Positions 1 to 8,346 of a DNA stretch of 64,000 bases are shown one piece after another; within the stretch, counting starts at the first letter, position 1; every line of letters begins with the position of its first letter. Where the stretch lies: the IMG/VR virus record IMGVR_UViG_3300032282_006516, positions 57,429-121,428 of that record; one strand, 5' to 3'. A program made the position numbers and the translations under genes. Below the pieces are notes generated by a model. The model made no database searches. It saw nothing but the letters and a program-made list of their open reading frames with translations, and was not told the DNA's origin. The stretch comes from a virus.

Positions 1-171
1 AAAGGGCCGCCCGATAATGTCGAACGGCCCACTCGGAGATTCGCTGCGCTGAACGGCGAACGTGTAATCGAGAATGTCCTCGCTCGTATCAACCAGACGC
101 CACGACAGTTCGTTGAAATCAATGTCCAACGAACGGACGCGAAAGTCTTTGACCTCAAGCGAGACACCCAT
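1..171 (-). CDS. Partial gene (N-terminus only, runs off window); beta-rich, FN3-like virion protein candidate
   Basis: ATG at 171 just after the stop of 174..2015; open to the window edge; translates MGVSLEVKDFRVRSLDIDFNELSWRLVDTSEDILDYTFAVQRSESPSGPFDIIGRPF (L-S-W...Y-x-V-x-R pattern resembles FN3). Not in the ORF track. Confidence 0.55.
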   Translation of the reverse strand, partial: MGVSLEVKDFRVRSLDIDFNELSWRLVDTSEDILDYTFAVQRSESPSGPFDIIGRPF

Positions 172-173
172 GA

Positions 174-2015
174 TTAGCTCGTTGCCGCCGGAAGAAGTTT
201 TCCAGCCGAAGGCGAGGGAAGTTCACGTACTTGAATTTGAGGCTCTGGAATAAGGGTTTCAGCCGAATGCGCAGGAAGTTTCGGCGCTTGAGCTTTCGGC
301 ATGCCCTTAAACAGAGGTTCTCCTGAAACGCCACGACGAACCATGTTCACGCCAGACTGCGCGGTATTACCAACCGCCTTTCGGAATGTCTGTCCAGCGT
401 ACATGCGACCCCCGATTCCGCCCGCGGCACCACCAAGCGCGGCTCCCGCAAGTCCGCCCTTCAGCGCACCAGAAAAACCATGCCCGGACTCTGCGCTTGC
501 CGCTCCTCCAGCCGCACCGACGGCCGCACCACCGAGCGCGCCAGCCGTACCGGGGTTCTTCATCGCCCACGCACCGAAACGCTGAAGTCCCTTGGTGACA
601 TCCACTGAGCCAAGTGCCTTCTTCTCCATCTGCGCACGCAGGGCCGCATGCTCTGCCATCGCCTGCTTAATCAAGCGCGCCGACCCCGTAACAATCTTTC
701 CGAGCGAAGGGTCGCCTTGGTTGATAAGCTGCCCCCGCCAGTTCCTTTGAGCCGGCTGGTACAGCATGGCTTCGTTCGCGGCTGGGTCAAAAACCGGTGT
801 TCGATGCGACATGCCATACTCCAGGTCAATCGGCGCTGCCGACCCCGGTGTATGCCCAAATGACGCCGGCGTTGCTGGCTCTTGCAGCGGTGCGCTAAAT
901 CGAGATTTTGTGGGTGACGGCGCATGCTCTGGGTCCACCAACATGTTGTGGACATCCACCAGATTCTTCTGGTTCTCCTTTGCCTCACGCACCTGCTCTG
1001 GCGTCAGCACGGCAGGACGAGGCGCAGGAGCGGCAGGAGCGGGGTGAGGTGCAGCGACGCCACCGGCAGGCGGCGCGGGTGCGCGCCCGACAGGCGCCGC
1101 CGGCACACCCGTTACCGATTGATGCTGAAGGTTTTTCAGGTCGGAAAGGCTCTCATCAATCACGCCCTTTGCCGCCGCACTGTTTGTGAGGTGCTGACTC
1201 ATGCCGCCCGCGAGTCCACCGACGGCGGCGCCACCCAGACCCCCCTTCACTGCCCCCGAGAGACGATTCCCCGGACCTCCGGCCACCGCGCCGCCGACGG
1301 CACCCGCCGCACCGCCCACCAACGCGCCTGCGGCGGCACGATTCTTCATCGCCCATCCGCCAAAGTTTTTCAACGCATCCGCTGCGGGCACCCCGCCCAA
1401 GGCAGTTTTCGCCATCATCGTGCCGGCCTGCGTCCCGTACGACGTCAGCGCCTGAACGTGGGCCGCTTTCTGCATGTCCTGCCGCGCCAGCATCCGACCG
1501 AAGTTGTCCGCAAACGCCACCTTTGCGACACCGCCGCCAAGCCCCTGCGCAGCATCTTGCGCTCCTTCAGCGGGCACCGGACCCGGAGCCCCCGCACCCT
1601 GGGCGGGCATGTCGGGCGCCTCGGGCATCGCAGGGGGCGCACCTTGCATTTTTGCAAGTTCAAGCTCCAACATGCGCTTCTTGAGCTGGATCTTGCTGCG
1701 AAGCTCCCAAGGGTCCCCCGCCGCACGCTGCTCTTCGCGGCGCTGCTGGTCGAGGATGTCGGCCTGAAGCTCTTCCTGCTCCAGTCCGAGAGCCTGCTCA
1801 AAAAGCGGCGTACCCCGGAACCGCTCCAGGAACACCGAACCGCTCTCTTCCGGGTAGGCGAGCTTGAGGTGCCCGTACAAAGTCTCCACCGGAGTACCGC
1901 TCGCCAGAGCGCGCAGCTCATTTTCCGGAAGGCCGCTAAGAAGCGACGTCAGCTCGGCCTGTCCTTGCTTGGCCAACTCCGCGGTGTATGCGACTTTGAG
2001 GAATTCGTTGAGCAT
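174..2015 (-). CDS. Putative internal virion protein with two glycine-zipper repeat domains and K-x-A motifs (613 aa)
   Basis: Overlaps the upstream gene's stop; duplicated (F)G(G/A)WAMKN...GALxGxA domain; KVAY, KLAY, KVAF, KTAL, KQAM motifs. Confidence 0.75.
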   Translation of the reverse strand: MLNEFLKVAYTAELAKQGQAELTSLLSGLPENELRALASGTPVETLYGHLKLAYPEESGSVFLERFRGTPLFEQALGLEQEELQADILDQQRREEQRAAGDPWELRSKIQLKKRMLELELAKMQGAPPAMPEAPDMPAQGAGAPGPVPAEGAQDAAQGLGGGVAKVAFADNFGRMLARQDMQKAAHVQALTSYGTQAGTMMAKTALGGVPAADALKNFGGWAMKNRAAAGALVGGAAGAVGGAVAGGPGNRLSGAVKGGLGGAAVGGLAGGMSQHLTNSAAAKGVIDESLSDLKNLQHQSVTGVPAAPVGRAPAPPAGGVAAPHPAPAAPAPRPAVLTPEQVREAKENQKNLVDVHNMLVDPEHAPSPTKSRFSAPLQEPATPASFGHTPGSAAPIDLEYGMSHRTPVFDPAANEAMLYQPAQRNWRGQLINQGDPSLGKIVTGSARLIKQAMAEHAALRAQMEKKALGSVDVTKGLQRFGAWAMKNPGTAGALGGAAVGAAGGAASAESGHGFSGALKGGLAGAALGGAAGGIGGRMYAGQTFRKAVGNTAQSGVNMVRRGVSGEPLFKGMPKAQAPKLPAHSAETLIPEPQIQVRELPSPSAGKLLPAATS

Positions 2016-4201
2016 CAGCCTGCCCTCTTGCTGAGAATGTCCTTGAGATTGCGAGCAATCGAACCGACGTGCTCACCTGACCGTTTCAGCGACCCCACAA
2101 CTTGCGGGCCATTTGACGCACCAAGCAGCGCACCGCCGAGAGCCCCCATCCCTGCCGATACGCCGGGGTGTTCGTTCGCGAACTCACCCATCGTCAGTCG
2201 TGCACGCGACTGCGCGAGGTTAAGCGCATCGCGATAACCTCGGTCCGGCTTCGCCTCCAGCTCTTGGACCTTTTGCCGAAGCGGGTCGTAATCCGCACGA
2301 GATTCTAGGTAGCCGAGACCCCCACCCATGGCTGCACCAGCAGCGGCATGCGGAAGAACTGAAACGGCTTTTCCAGCCTGCATGGTGAGGTAGTTTTTGA
2401 GGGACGCCTGCTTACCGGCGACGCCAAAAGGGAGGAAGTGCGACAAGACCTCCTTGCCCGGCGTCTGCCCCTGCTGGTCCTTCTGGTTCATCGACGTCGC
2501 CGGATTCGCGTTCGCGAACATCGGTTCCGTGCCCGCAGCCGGTGCGTTGTTCTGGTCCTCTCCCATCGGGGCAACCGAGTTCGGTGCCGCACCGGGGCTC
2601 GCCGCCTGACCCGCAGGTCCCGAAGTCGGCTCGGGCGCACTGCTCGGCGCCGCAGCCTGGCTCGCCGCTTGGGCCGCGGCATCCATGCCCGTCAACGACG
2701 GAGGCTCTTGCGATGCCGCCTGAAGCAGCGTCCCACGAAGCTGCTGGTACGCCATGCGCATCGCAGCAGCGGCTTGCTGCTGCTGGAGAATCTGGTCTTG
2801 CGCTGCCATGGCTTTTTGCGTCGACGAGGCGACCTGCGCTTGGTACGCCGCCGTCTGCTGCTCGTTCAGCGCCTGTTGTTGCTGCGCCTGCTGAACTTGC
2901 TGCTGAAGCTGCTGTGCCTCTTGCTGCTGTTGCTCCTGAGCCTGCTGCGCCTGCTGGAGCTTCTGGCGGAGGAAGTCGATGTGATTGTTCTCCGCACCCT
3001 GCTGCGCCTGTTGCTGGAGGGCGAGGTACTGCTGAACCTCCGGGGCAAGCATGGGCTCAATCGGCGCGCCCGGCATGGGCTGCGGAGCCGCTTCCTGCTC
3101 CGGCTGCATGCCCATCTCGTCCAGAGCAAACTTGAACGCCGATGCCGCCTTTTGATATGCCGCCGCCGTCTTCCATTCCTCCGGCAGCGCGCCCGTTTGG
3201 TTAAAGTGGATAACACTCGGCGTAGACTGCTGCGCGTCTATATGGGCCGCAATGCCACGCGCAGCGCGTTCACGCGCCAAAACACGGGCATGCTCCTGCG
3301 CGTATCGCTTACCCCCACGCACAGCACCACCCAGAGTGCCCAAAGTGGCGCCAGCTAGAGCACCACCAAAGGCTCCGTGACTGAGTGGCTTTTTCGCAAG
3401 ATGTGCTAACAAGCTACCGCCGGCAGCGCCGCCCAAAGCACCAAGCAGTTGTCCGCCCCGCACGTTTTGACGGTACGTAGGGACTGCTTCTCTGTTTGCC
3501 GCTTGATGCGCCGCTACTTCGTTTGGGCTAACTACGTGCATCAGGAAGGCATTCCTGCGTGCGATGTCGCGGTCTAGTGGTTGACCGTTGTGCATCGTCG
3601 CGTAGGAATCCACCAACTGACGTAGCTGGTCATTCGCAGTCTTCTCGTGCCGATGACGGTCCATCGACCCGCCCACTTCACGGCCCGCCTTGCCACCCAT
3701 GTGCTGACCGAGCCAAGCACCACCCAACGTCGCCATCGGGTTGCCCTTACCGTAGTGGTGCATGAGCGCTGCGCCGGCAGCGGCCCCAGCTCCACGCCCA
3801 GCCAGCTCACCGTGCCGCTCGCTGCGATGCGCGTGCTCTTTCGCGAACTCCGCACTGAGCGAAGCACGAGCGCGTTCGTGCCCCGTCTCTTCCGGCGACT
3901 TGGACGCCGCCGTTTTTGCAGGGGGCACAGCGTGCTGCCCTTGAGCAGCGGGAGGAAGGGACACAGGGGGCGCGGCCTGCATGTTCTGACCCTGCGCCGT
4001 AGGCGGCAGTGTCATGGGCGCGCCCATTCCCATCGCCTCGGCCTGCTTCAGCAGGGCGTACTGCTCCTGCACGGAGAGTGACTCAAACGCCGCGTCTAGG
4101 TCCGCAACGGTGGCTTGCTTCTCCACACCGCGAACCTGGATGAAGAACGCAGCGGCCTCGGCTTGAGGGATGCCCTTGAGCAAAAAGTCGTCGAAGTTCA
4201 T
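2015..4201 (-). CDS. Putative internal virion protein; glycine zippers, Gln-rich coiled coil, K-x-A motifs (728 aa)
   Basis: Long ORF in the head operon; GAAAGAA and GALGGAAGG segments; poly-Q heptad stretch; EKQAT, KTAAS, KQASL. Confidence 0.75.
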   Translation of the reverse strand: MNFDDFLLKGIPQAEAAAFFIQVRGVEKQATVADLDAAFESLSVQEQYALLKQAEAMGMGAPMTLPPTAQGQNMQAAPPVSLPPAAQGQHAVPPAKTAASKSPEETGHERARASLSAEFAKEHAHRSERHGELAGRGAGAAAGAALMHHYGKGNPMATLGGAWLGQHMGGKAGREVGGSMDRHRHEKTANDQLRQLVDSYATMHNGQPLDRDIARRNAFLMHVVSPNEVAAHQAANREAVPTYRQNVRGGQLLGALGGAAGGSLLAHLAKKPLSHGAFGGALAGATLGTLGGAVRGGKRYAQEHARVLARERAARGIAAHIDAQQSTPSVIHFNQTGALPEEWKTAAAYQKAASAFKFALDEMGMQPEQEAAPQPMPGAPIEPMLAPEVQQYLALQQQAQQGAENNHIDFLRQKLQQAQQAQEQQQQEAQQLQQQVQQAQQQQALNEQQTAAYQAQVASSTQKAMAAQDQILQQQQAAAAMRMAYQQLRGTLLQAASQEPPSLTGMDAAAQAASQAAAPSSAPEPTSGPAGQAASPGAAPNSVAPMGEDQNNAPAAGTEPMFANANPATSMNQKDQQGQTPGKEVLSHFLPFGVAGKQASLKNYLTMQAGKAVSVLPHAAAGAAMGGGLGYLESRADYDPLRQKVQELEAKPDRGYRDALNLAQSRARLTMGEFANEHPGVSAGMGALGGALLGASNGPQVVGSLKRSGEHVGSIARNLKDILSKRAG

Positions 4202-4205
4202 CCCA

Positions 4206-4727
4206 TCACTCCCAGGTGTAGACGTTGTGCATGTTGTCGTTGCCGCTGTACGACCACGTCCAACACGGCGCGGTGTTGTTCACCGCCGAGGGCTTGTAGA
4301 GCTTTCCGACCGTGTCGCGGTCGTCATCAAACCCGAGCAGGCTGTTCGACGTGCCACTCTTCTCAACCGTCACGCCGCTGCTCGGGGTAGCCTCAATGAG
4401 AACCAGACGCTGCTCCGCGTCCAGAAGGGCCAAGACAGAGGGCACTGCCGCCTCAATCTGTGCCTTGATGTCCTTGAAGAGCAGCGTGTATGGGTCTGGG
4501 TTGGTGCCCGGCGGCGTGGCGCTCGCTGCAACCCCAAACGTAACCGTGGCCACGACCGGCGACGTGAACTTAAGGGTGCGCCCCACCAGCCCGTTGATAC
4601 CGGCGGTGAGATTTGCCGGCGTACCGCCGCCCTGCGCGCGGTTCACGCTTCCGCCCGTAACGCCCCCGTTGAGGAACGCGGTCACGTCTTCGATGCGACG
4701 GAATTTGTAGAGACGATTGACGGCCAT
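4206..4727 (-). CDS. Hypothetical virion structural protein (173 aa)
   Basis: RBS (GGAGAGG) upstream; tight packing in the structural operon; G/T/V-rich beta character. Confidence 0.65.
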   Translation of the reverse strand: MAVNRLYKFRRIEDVTAFLNGGVTGGSVNRAQGGGTPANLTAGINGLVGRTLKFTSPVVATVTFGVAASATPPGTNPDPYTLLFKDIKAQIEAAVPSVLALLDAEQRLVLIEATPSSGVTVEKSGTSNSLLGFDDDRDTVGKLYKPSAVNNTAPCWTWSYSGNDNMHNVYTWE

Positions 4728-4778
4728 TAGCCCTCTCCAGGTTCTTCTGAGACGAAAGAACGAGGCAACTCGTGCCTT

Positions 4779-5276
4779 TTAGTAGGCGGCGTACGTAGCG
4801 TTGACCGCCCAGAGTTCCGAGTGAACTCCGCTGTTGCTCGGACCAAGAATGCCTTGGATGTTGATGGCGACCTTCACCCGTTGCTTCATCTGGTCCGTGA
4901 ACGCTTTGTAGTACTGGAGCCAGTTCATGAGCATCGGCGTCTTGTCGTTGACGCCGACGTTGATGCCGCCGTTTGAGTAGTTGATGTGGTTTCGCGTCTG
5001 CAGCAGGCCCACGGACTCGATGAGCGAGATGGTCGTCATCCGTAGTAGCAGCGCGTGCTGGTTCAACTGCAGCAAGTCTTCAAGACCAAGCGCGGTGAAG
5101 TGCGGCGTACCGTTGAAGTCGGCGAGCGCATCGTACACCGCCCACGCAATCTGCCGGTCGCTCGACTCTTCGCCCGAAACAATCCGGTTCAGCTCAGGGA
5201 AATCCCGATGATAGAGACGTACCATCTGGACAAAGTCCCGAAAGGTCGGACTCATCGTCGGGATTCCCTGCAGCAT
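4779..5276 (-). CDS. Putative head-tail adaptor/neck protein (165 aa)
   Basis: Position three genes downstream of the capsid gene; helical N-terminus and size typical of adaptors. Function is inferred from position. Confidence 0.45.
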   Translation of the reverse strand: MLQGIPTMSPTFRDFVQMVRLYHRDFPELNRIVSGEESSDRQIAWAVYDALADFNGTPHFTALGLEDLLQLNQHALLLRMTTISLIESVGLLQTRNHINYSNGGINVGVNDKTPMLMNWLQYYKAFTDQMKQRVKVAINIQGILGPSNSGVHSELWAVNATYAAY

Positions 5277-5279
5277 GAA

Positions 5280-5558
5280 TCAGCCGCCCTTCTTCTTCGA
5301 CGGCGCAGCAGGAGCAGGAGCGCTTTGCGCCCGATCCTTCTGAAGCACGTACGAAGCCGGGGGCTGGTCACCGAGCGCCAGCGCACCCACCGAAACGAGC
5401 TGCTGAAGACCCGGGCGCAGCGCGCGAATCTGCTCCTCGCTGACTTCCTGGCTCGCGCCCGGCGCCAGAAGAAACGAACCCACCGCGATGGTGTGATTGC
5501 TGAGGCCGCGCTGCGCGAGCGCCGGCGTCTCCATATCCGTAAGGTTGAAAACCTTCAT
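5280..5558 (-). CDS. Hypothetical protein (92 aa)
   Basis: ATGA overlap with the upstream gene; RBS AGGAGGAA. Confidence 0.65.
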   Translation of the reverse strand: MKVFNLTDMETPALAQRGLSNHTIAVGSFLLAPGASQEVSEEQIRALRPGLQQLVSVGALALGDQPPASYVLQKDRAQSAPAPAAPSKKKGG

Positions 5559-6142
5559 CGACGATTCCTCCTACCCGAGCGGAAATCCTTACCCGAGGAT
5601 ACTGCGTCCGACGTCATAGGAGCAGAGGGGTCTGCGGAGTTTTGTGCTGCTTCAAGAGCCGCATCAAGTTCTGCATCCGCGTCCGGCGCCGCCGACGTCG
5701 CGACTTCTTCACCGTACTCCAGCGCCGCCTGCGCCAGAAGTGCGGGGCGCTGTCCGGGCGCCATCGTTTGCGGCATGACACCGTCGTCACCCGCGTAGGG
5801 CGGGATGTACTGACCGACCTGCACGTCGTCTGCGACCGAGTCCAAACGCGGACGAGGAAGCGGGGGAATCGGAGCACCGGGCAGTGCCTCGAACGTATCG
5901 AGGTTCACAAGACGGCCGTCTACCGTGCGCACTTCCAAAATGTGCTGCGCGGCCTTCTGTCGAATCTCTTCGAGGTTCTGCTTCAGCATGTCTTCGCTGA
6001 TGAGCAGCCGGCGTTCCGGAACCAGGCGCAGCGTACCGTTGACCAGGTAGTGCTTCCGCGCCATGTGCTCCGGAAGACCTGCGCGGTGAAAGCGGAAATC
6101 CTTCTTCCGCACCACGCTGTGCAATGCGTAGTGAACAGTCAT
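5555..6142 (-). CDS. Hypothetical protein (~195 aa; start reassigned to MTVHYAL at 6142)
   Basis: GGAGG RBS before ATG 6142; the track's longer start (6187) lies inside a hairpin. Confidence 0.65.
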   Translation of the reverse strand: MTVHYALHSVVRKKDFRFHRAGLPEHMARKHYLVNGTLRLVPERRLLISEDMLKQNLEEIRQKAAQHILEVRTVDGRLVNLDTFEALPGAPIPPLPRPRLDSVADDVQVGQYIPPYAGDDGVMPQTMAPGQRPALLAQAALEYGEEVATSAAPDADAELDAALEAAQNSADPSAPMTSDAVSSGKDFRSGRRNRR

Positions 6143-6161
6143 TACAAATCCTCCAAACGCC

Positions 6162-6197
6162 ACGGGCGCCGGCACCTTTACCGGCACCGACGCCCGT
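6162..6197 (-). terminator. 15-bp stem-loop downstream of the major capsid gene (terminator or mRNA stabiliser)
   Basis: Minus strand ACGGGCGTCGGTGCC-GGTAAA-GGTGCCGGCGCCCGT, fully paired with G-U wobble; no clear U-tract. Confidence 0.5.
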
Positions 6198-6224
6198 TAG
6201 CCTCGCAGATGCGAGAGCGTGTGG

Positions 6225-7349
6225 CTAGTACTGCTGGACGTTCGGGAACTTCAGGCCGGCGTCGACCTTGTTGTTCGGAGCGCCGAGCGCGTCCTCGGAG
6301 ACCGGGACGAAGTTCGAGATGAGCGCGTCCGCGTTCGTCGTCGGGTTCGCGTCCGCCGAGTACAGCTCCAGCTTACGCACCGCGGCGATGTTGATGATCG
6401 CCATCGCGATGTCTTCCCAAGCCTGGAAGGTGATGACGTTCGCGATCTTGTCGATGTAGAACTTGGTGTTGTTCAGGACGTAGAACTTCCCGAAGAACTC
6501 CGGCTTGGTGAAGCAGTACACGTTGCCCGGACGGAGGATGTCCGACTTCACGGTACGGATGTACGAACGCCCGAAGAGCGTGTTGTACTTGTAGCCGTCG
6601 ACGGCCGTCTCCGACTGGAGCCGGTCACCGAAGTCCTCAAGCGTCCACTGAAGGATGTCGTCCCAGTCGACCTCCGTCATGAGGAGCCGCTCCGAACGAA
6701 GGCGGTTGCCGTCGAGGAGCTTGAAGAGGTTGATGACGTCCGGGCGCTGAATCGGGCGCACCGTCGCGTCGTTCGAGGTCGCCGTACGAGCCAGCTCACC
6801 CTTGCGGATGGAGAACTCGACCACGCCCGCGCCCTGGATCTGCGAAGCGTTGAGCGGCGTAGCCACGCCACCGTTCGCCTGAAGCTGAAGCGCCTGGCAG
6901 GCGGCCTCGATGTTGATCGTGAACTCGCGGTCCTCGACCTCCTGGATGTCCTTCACCGAGTTCTCCTCGATGATCTTGGTGATGGGCATCTCGTAGGCGA
7001 GAAGCTCCTGCTCCGTCTTCTGGAAGATTTCCGACGAGACGGTGTAGAAGCCGACCTCGGCCTTGGCGCCGCGAATCATGCGCGCCGTGGGCGAACCACG
7101 AAACGTCATGGTGAGCGCGCGGCTCTGCGGCTCGACGTCAACGATCTTGACCAGCGTGTCGTGGTTGACCGAGCGCTGGCAGTCGCTGCGCGTCACCTGC
7201 TCCGGGGGGAGCACCTTACGCGCGTACGACACCTCACGGAGACGGTCGCGGATGTAGGACCCGCCGTACTCCGCCATCTTCTCCTTGCCCTCACCCGAGC
7301 CGAGCTTCTGCGTGAAAAGCTCGTTCAGAACGCGTGCCGGAACACTCAT
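6225..7349 (-). CDS. Major capsid protein (HK97-fold candidate, 374 aa; start MSVPARV at 7349)
   Basis: Strong RBS GGAAGGAGAGG; very high C/G-ending codon bias; follows protease, scaffold-like and decoration genes; size typical of an MCP. Confidence 0.75.
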   Translation of the reverse strand: MSVPARVLNELFTQKLGSGEGKEKMAEYGGSYIRDRLREVSYARKVLPPEQVTRSDCQRSVNHDTLVKIVDVEPQSRALTMTFRGSPTARMIRGAKAEVGFYTVSSEIFQKTEQELLAYEMPITKIIEENSVKDIQEVEDREFTINIEAACQALQLQANGGVATPLNASQIQGAGVVEFSIRKGELARTATSNDATVRPIQRPDVINLFKLLDGNRLRSERLLMTEVDWDDILQWTLEDFGDRLQSETAVDGYKYNTLFGRSYIRTVKSDILRPGNVYCFTKPEFFGKFYVLNNTKFYIDKIANVITFQAWEDIAMAIINIAAVRKLELYSADANPTTNADALISNFVPVSEDALGAPNNKVDAGLKFPNVQQY

Positions 7350-7378
7350 GATGCCTCTCCTTCCTTTCCTGTTCCGGC

Positions 7379-7930
7379 CTACTTGCGACCGCCGGAGACG
7401 AAGCGCAGCTGGCCGCCGTTGCTCGCCGGAAGGCGAGTCACGTAGCCGACAATGGGGTCGACGTCGCCGCCACCAAGGGCGCCCGCACCAACGAGGCCCG
7501 AGAAGTTGCGACCGCCGAACGAAATGGTAGCCACCTTGAGCGGCTGACCGACGTAGCTGATGGCAGCGCCACCGTGAACAGCCGCCGTCGCGTCGAAGAT
7601 GCGCGTGTCGAACTCGTACTCGCCGCGCCAGAGCACCGGCATCTTCGTCTGCGAAAGCGCCTGCACGTCGTAACGACCACGCTCCGCGAAGAGCGGAACG
7701 AGGATACCCGTCGGGTTCGACGCGCCCGCCGGCCGGTACGAACCCACCGACGTGATGTCGGTGGCGCGCACGAGCTGGTAGCTGTTGTTGAGGGTCATCC
7801 ACTCGCCGTCGACGAGCGCGACCGCGTTGAGCGGCTGCGCGAGCGTCGGGTCGCCGAGAGCGAAGTCACGGCGCTGCACCGGCAGGATGTCCGAAACGGG
7901 CGTGAAGTTGATCTTCTGAAGAGTCGACAT
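7379..7930 (-). CDS. Putative capsid decoration/cement protein (183 aa)
   Basis: Immediately upstream of the MCP; beta-rich; strong codon bias; position typical of decoration proteins. Confidence 0.5.
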   Translation of the reverse strand: MSTLQKINFTPVSDILPVQRRDFALGDPTLAQPLNAVALVDGEWMTLNNSYQLVRATDITSVGSYRPAGASNPTGILVPLFAERGRYDVQALSQTKMPVLWRGEYEFDTRIFDATAAVHGGAAISYVGQPLKVATISFGGRNFSGLVGAGALGGGDVDPIVGYVTRLPASNGGQLRFVSGGRK

Positions 7931-7967
7931 GTCCTAGTTCCTCCAGTTCCTTCGTTGGTCGGAGCGG

Positions 7968-8336
7968 TCAGCCCACGCCTCCGACGATGTACCGCTCCAA
8001 GTCCGACGAGGCGAAGGAAGTAGACCTCGGCTCGTCATTCGTGAGCTGTGCCAGCTTCGTGCTCATGTCGGGACCGACGAGGTCCACGGCATGCTCAACG
8101 GCCTCAAGTTTGCCCGCCGCAGCCGCCTTCTCCAGACGGTCTGCGAGCGTCTCCACCTGAGTGTCCAGTTCGAGCCCTTTCCGGTGCATCTCCGAAGCGA
8201 GCTTCTCCACCCGCTCACGGCGCTCCTTCGATGCGAGCTTCTCCGCAAGCTCATTGATGTGAACCTGCTGCGCTCGAAGAGCGGCAGACGCGTCGGTGAG
8301 CACCTCCGCAATCTGCGCGTTGCTGAGCTTGTTCAT
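7968..8336 (-). CDS. Putative scaffold-like coiled-coil protein (122 aa; start MNKLSNA)
   Basis: RBS GAGGAG; charged helical sequence with EKLAS twice. Confidence 0.55.
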   Translation of the reverse strand: MNKLSNAQIAEVLTDASAALRAQQVHINELAEKLASKERRERVEKLASEMHRKGLELDTQVETLADRLEKAAAAGKLEAVEHAVDLVGPDMSTKLAQLTNDEPRSTSFASSDLERYIVGGVG

Positions 8337-8346
8337 CGTACGCTCC

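Noticed and set aside
2820-3010. CAG/CTG-rich stretch as a DNA tandem repeat element
   Set aside because: Imperfect; explained by the Gln-rich coiled coil it encodes.
7350-7802. N-terminal 150-aa extension of the MCP ORF in the track
   Set aside because: It overlaps the better-supported gene 7379..7930 in another frame; a strong RBS precedes ATG 7349.
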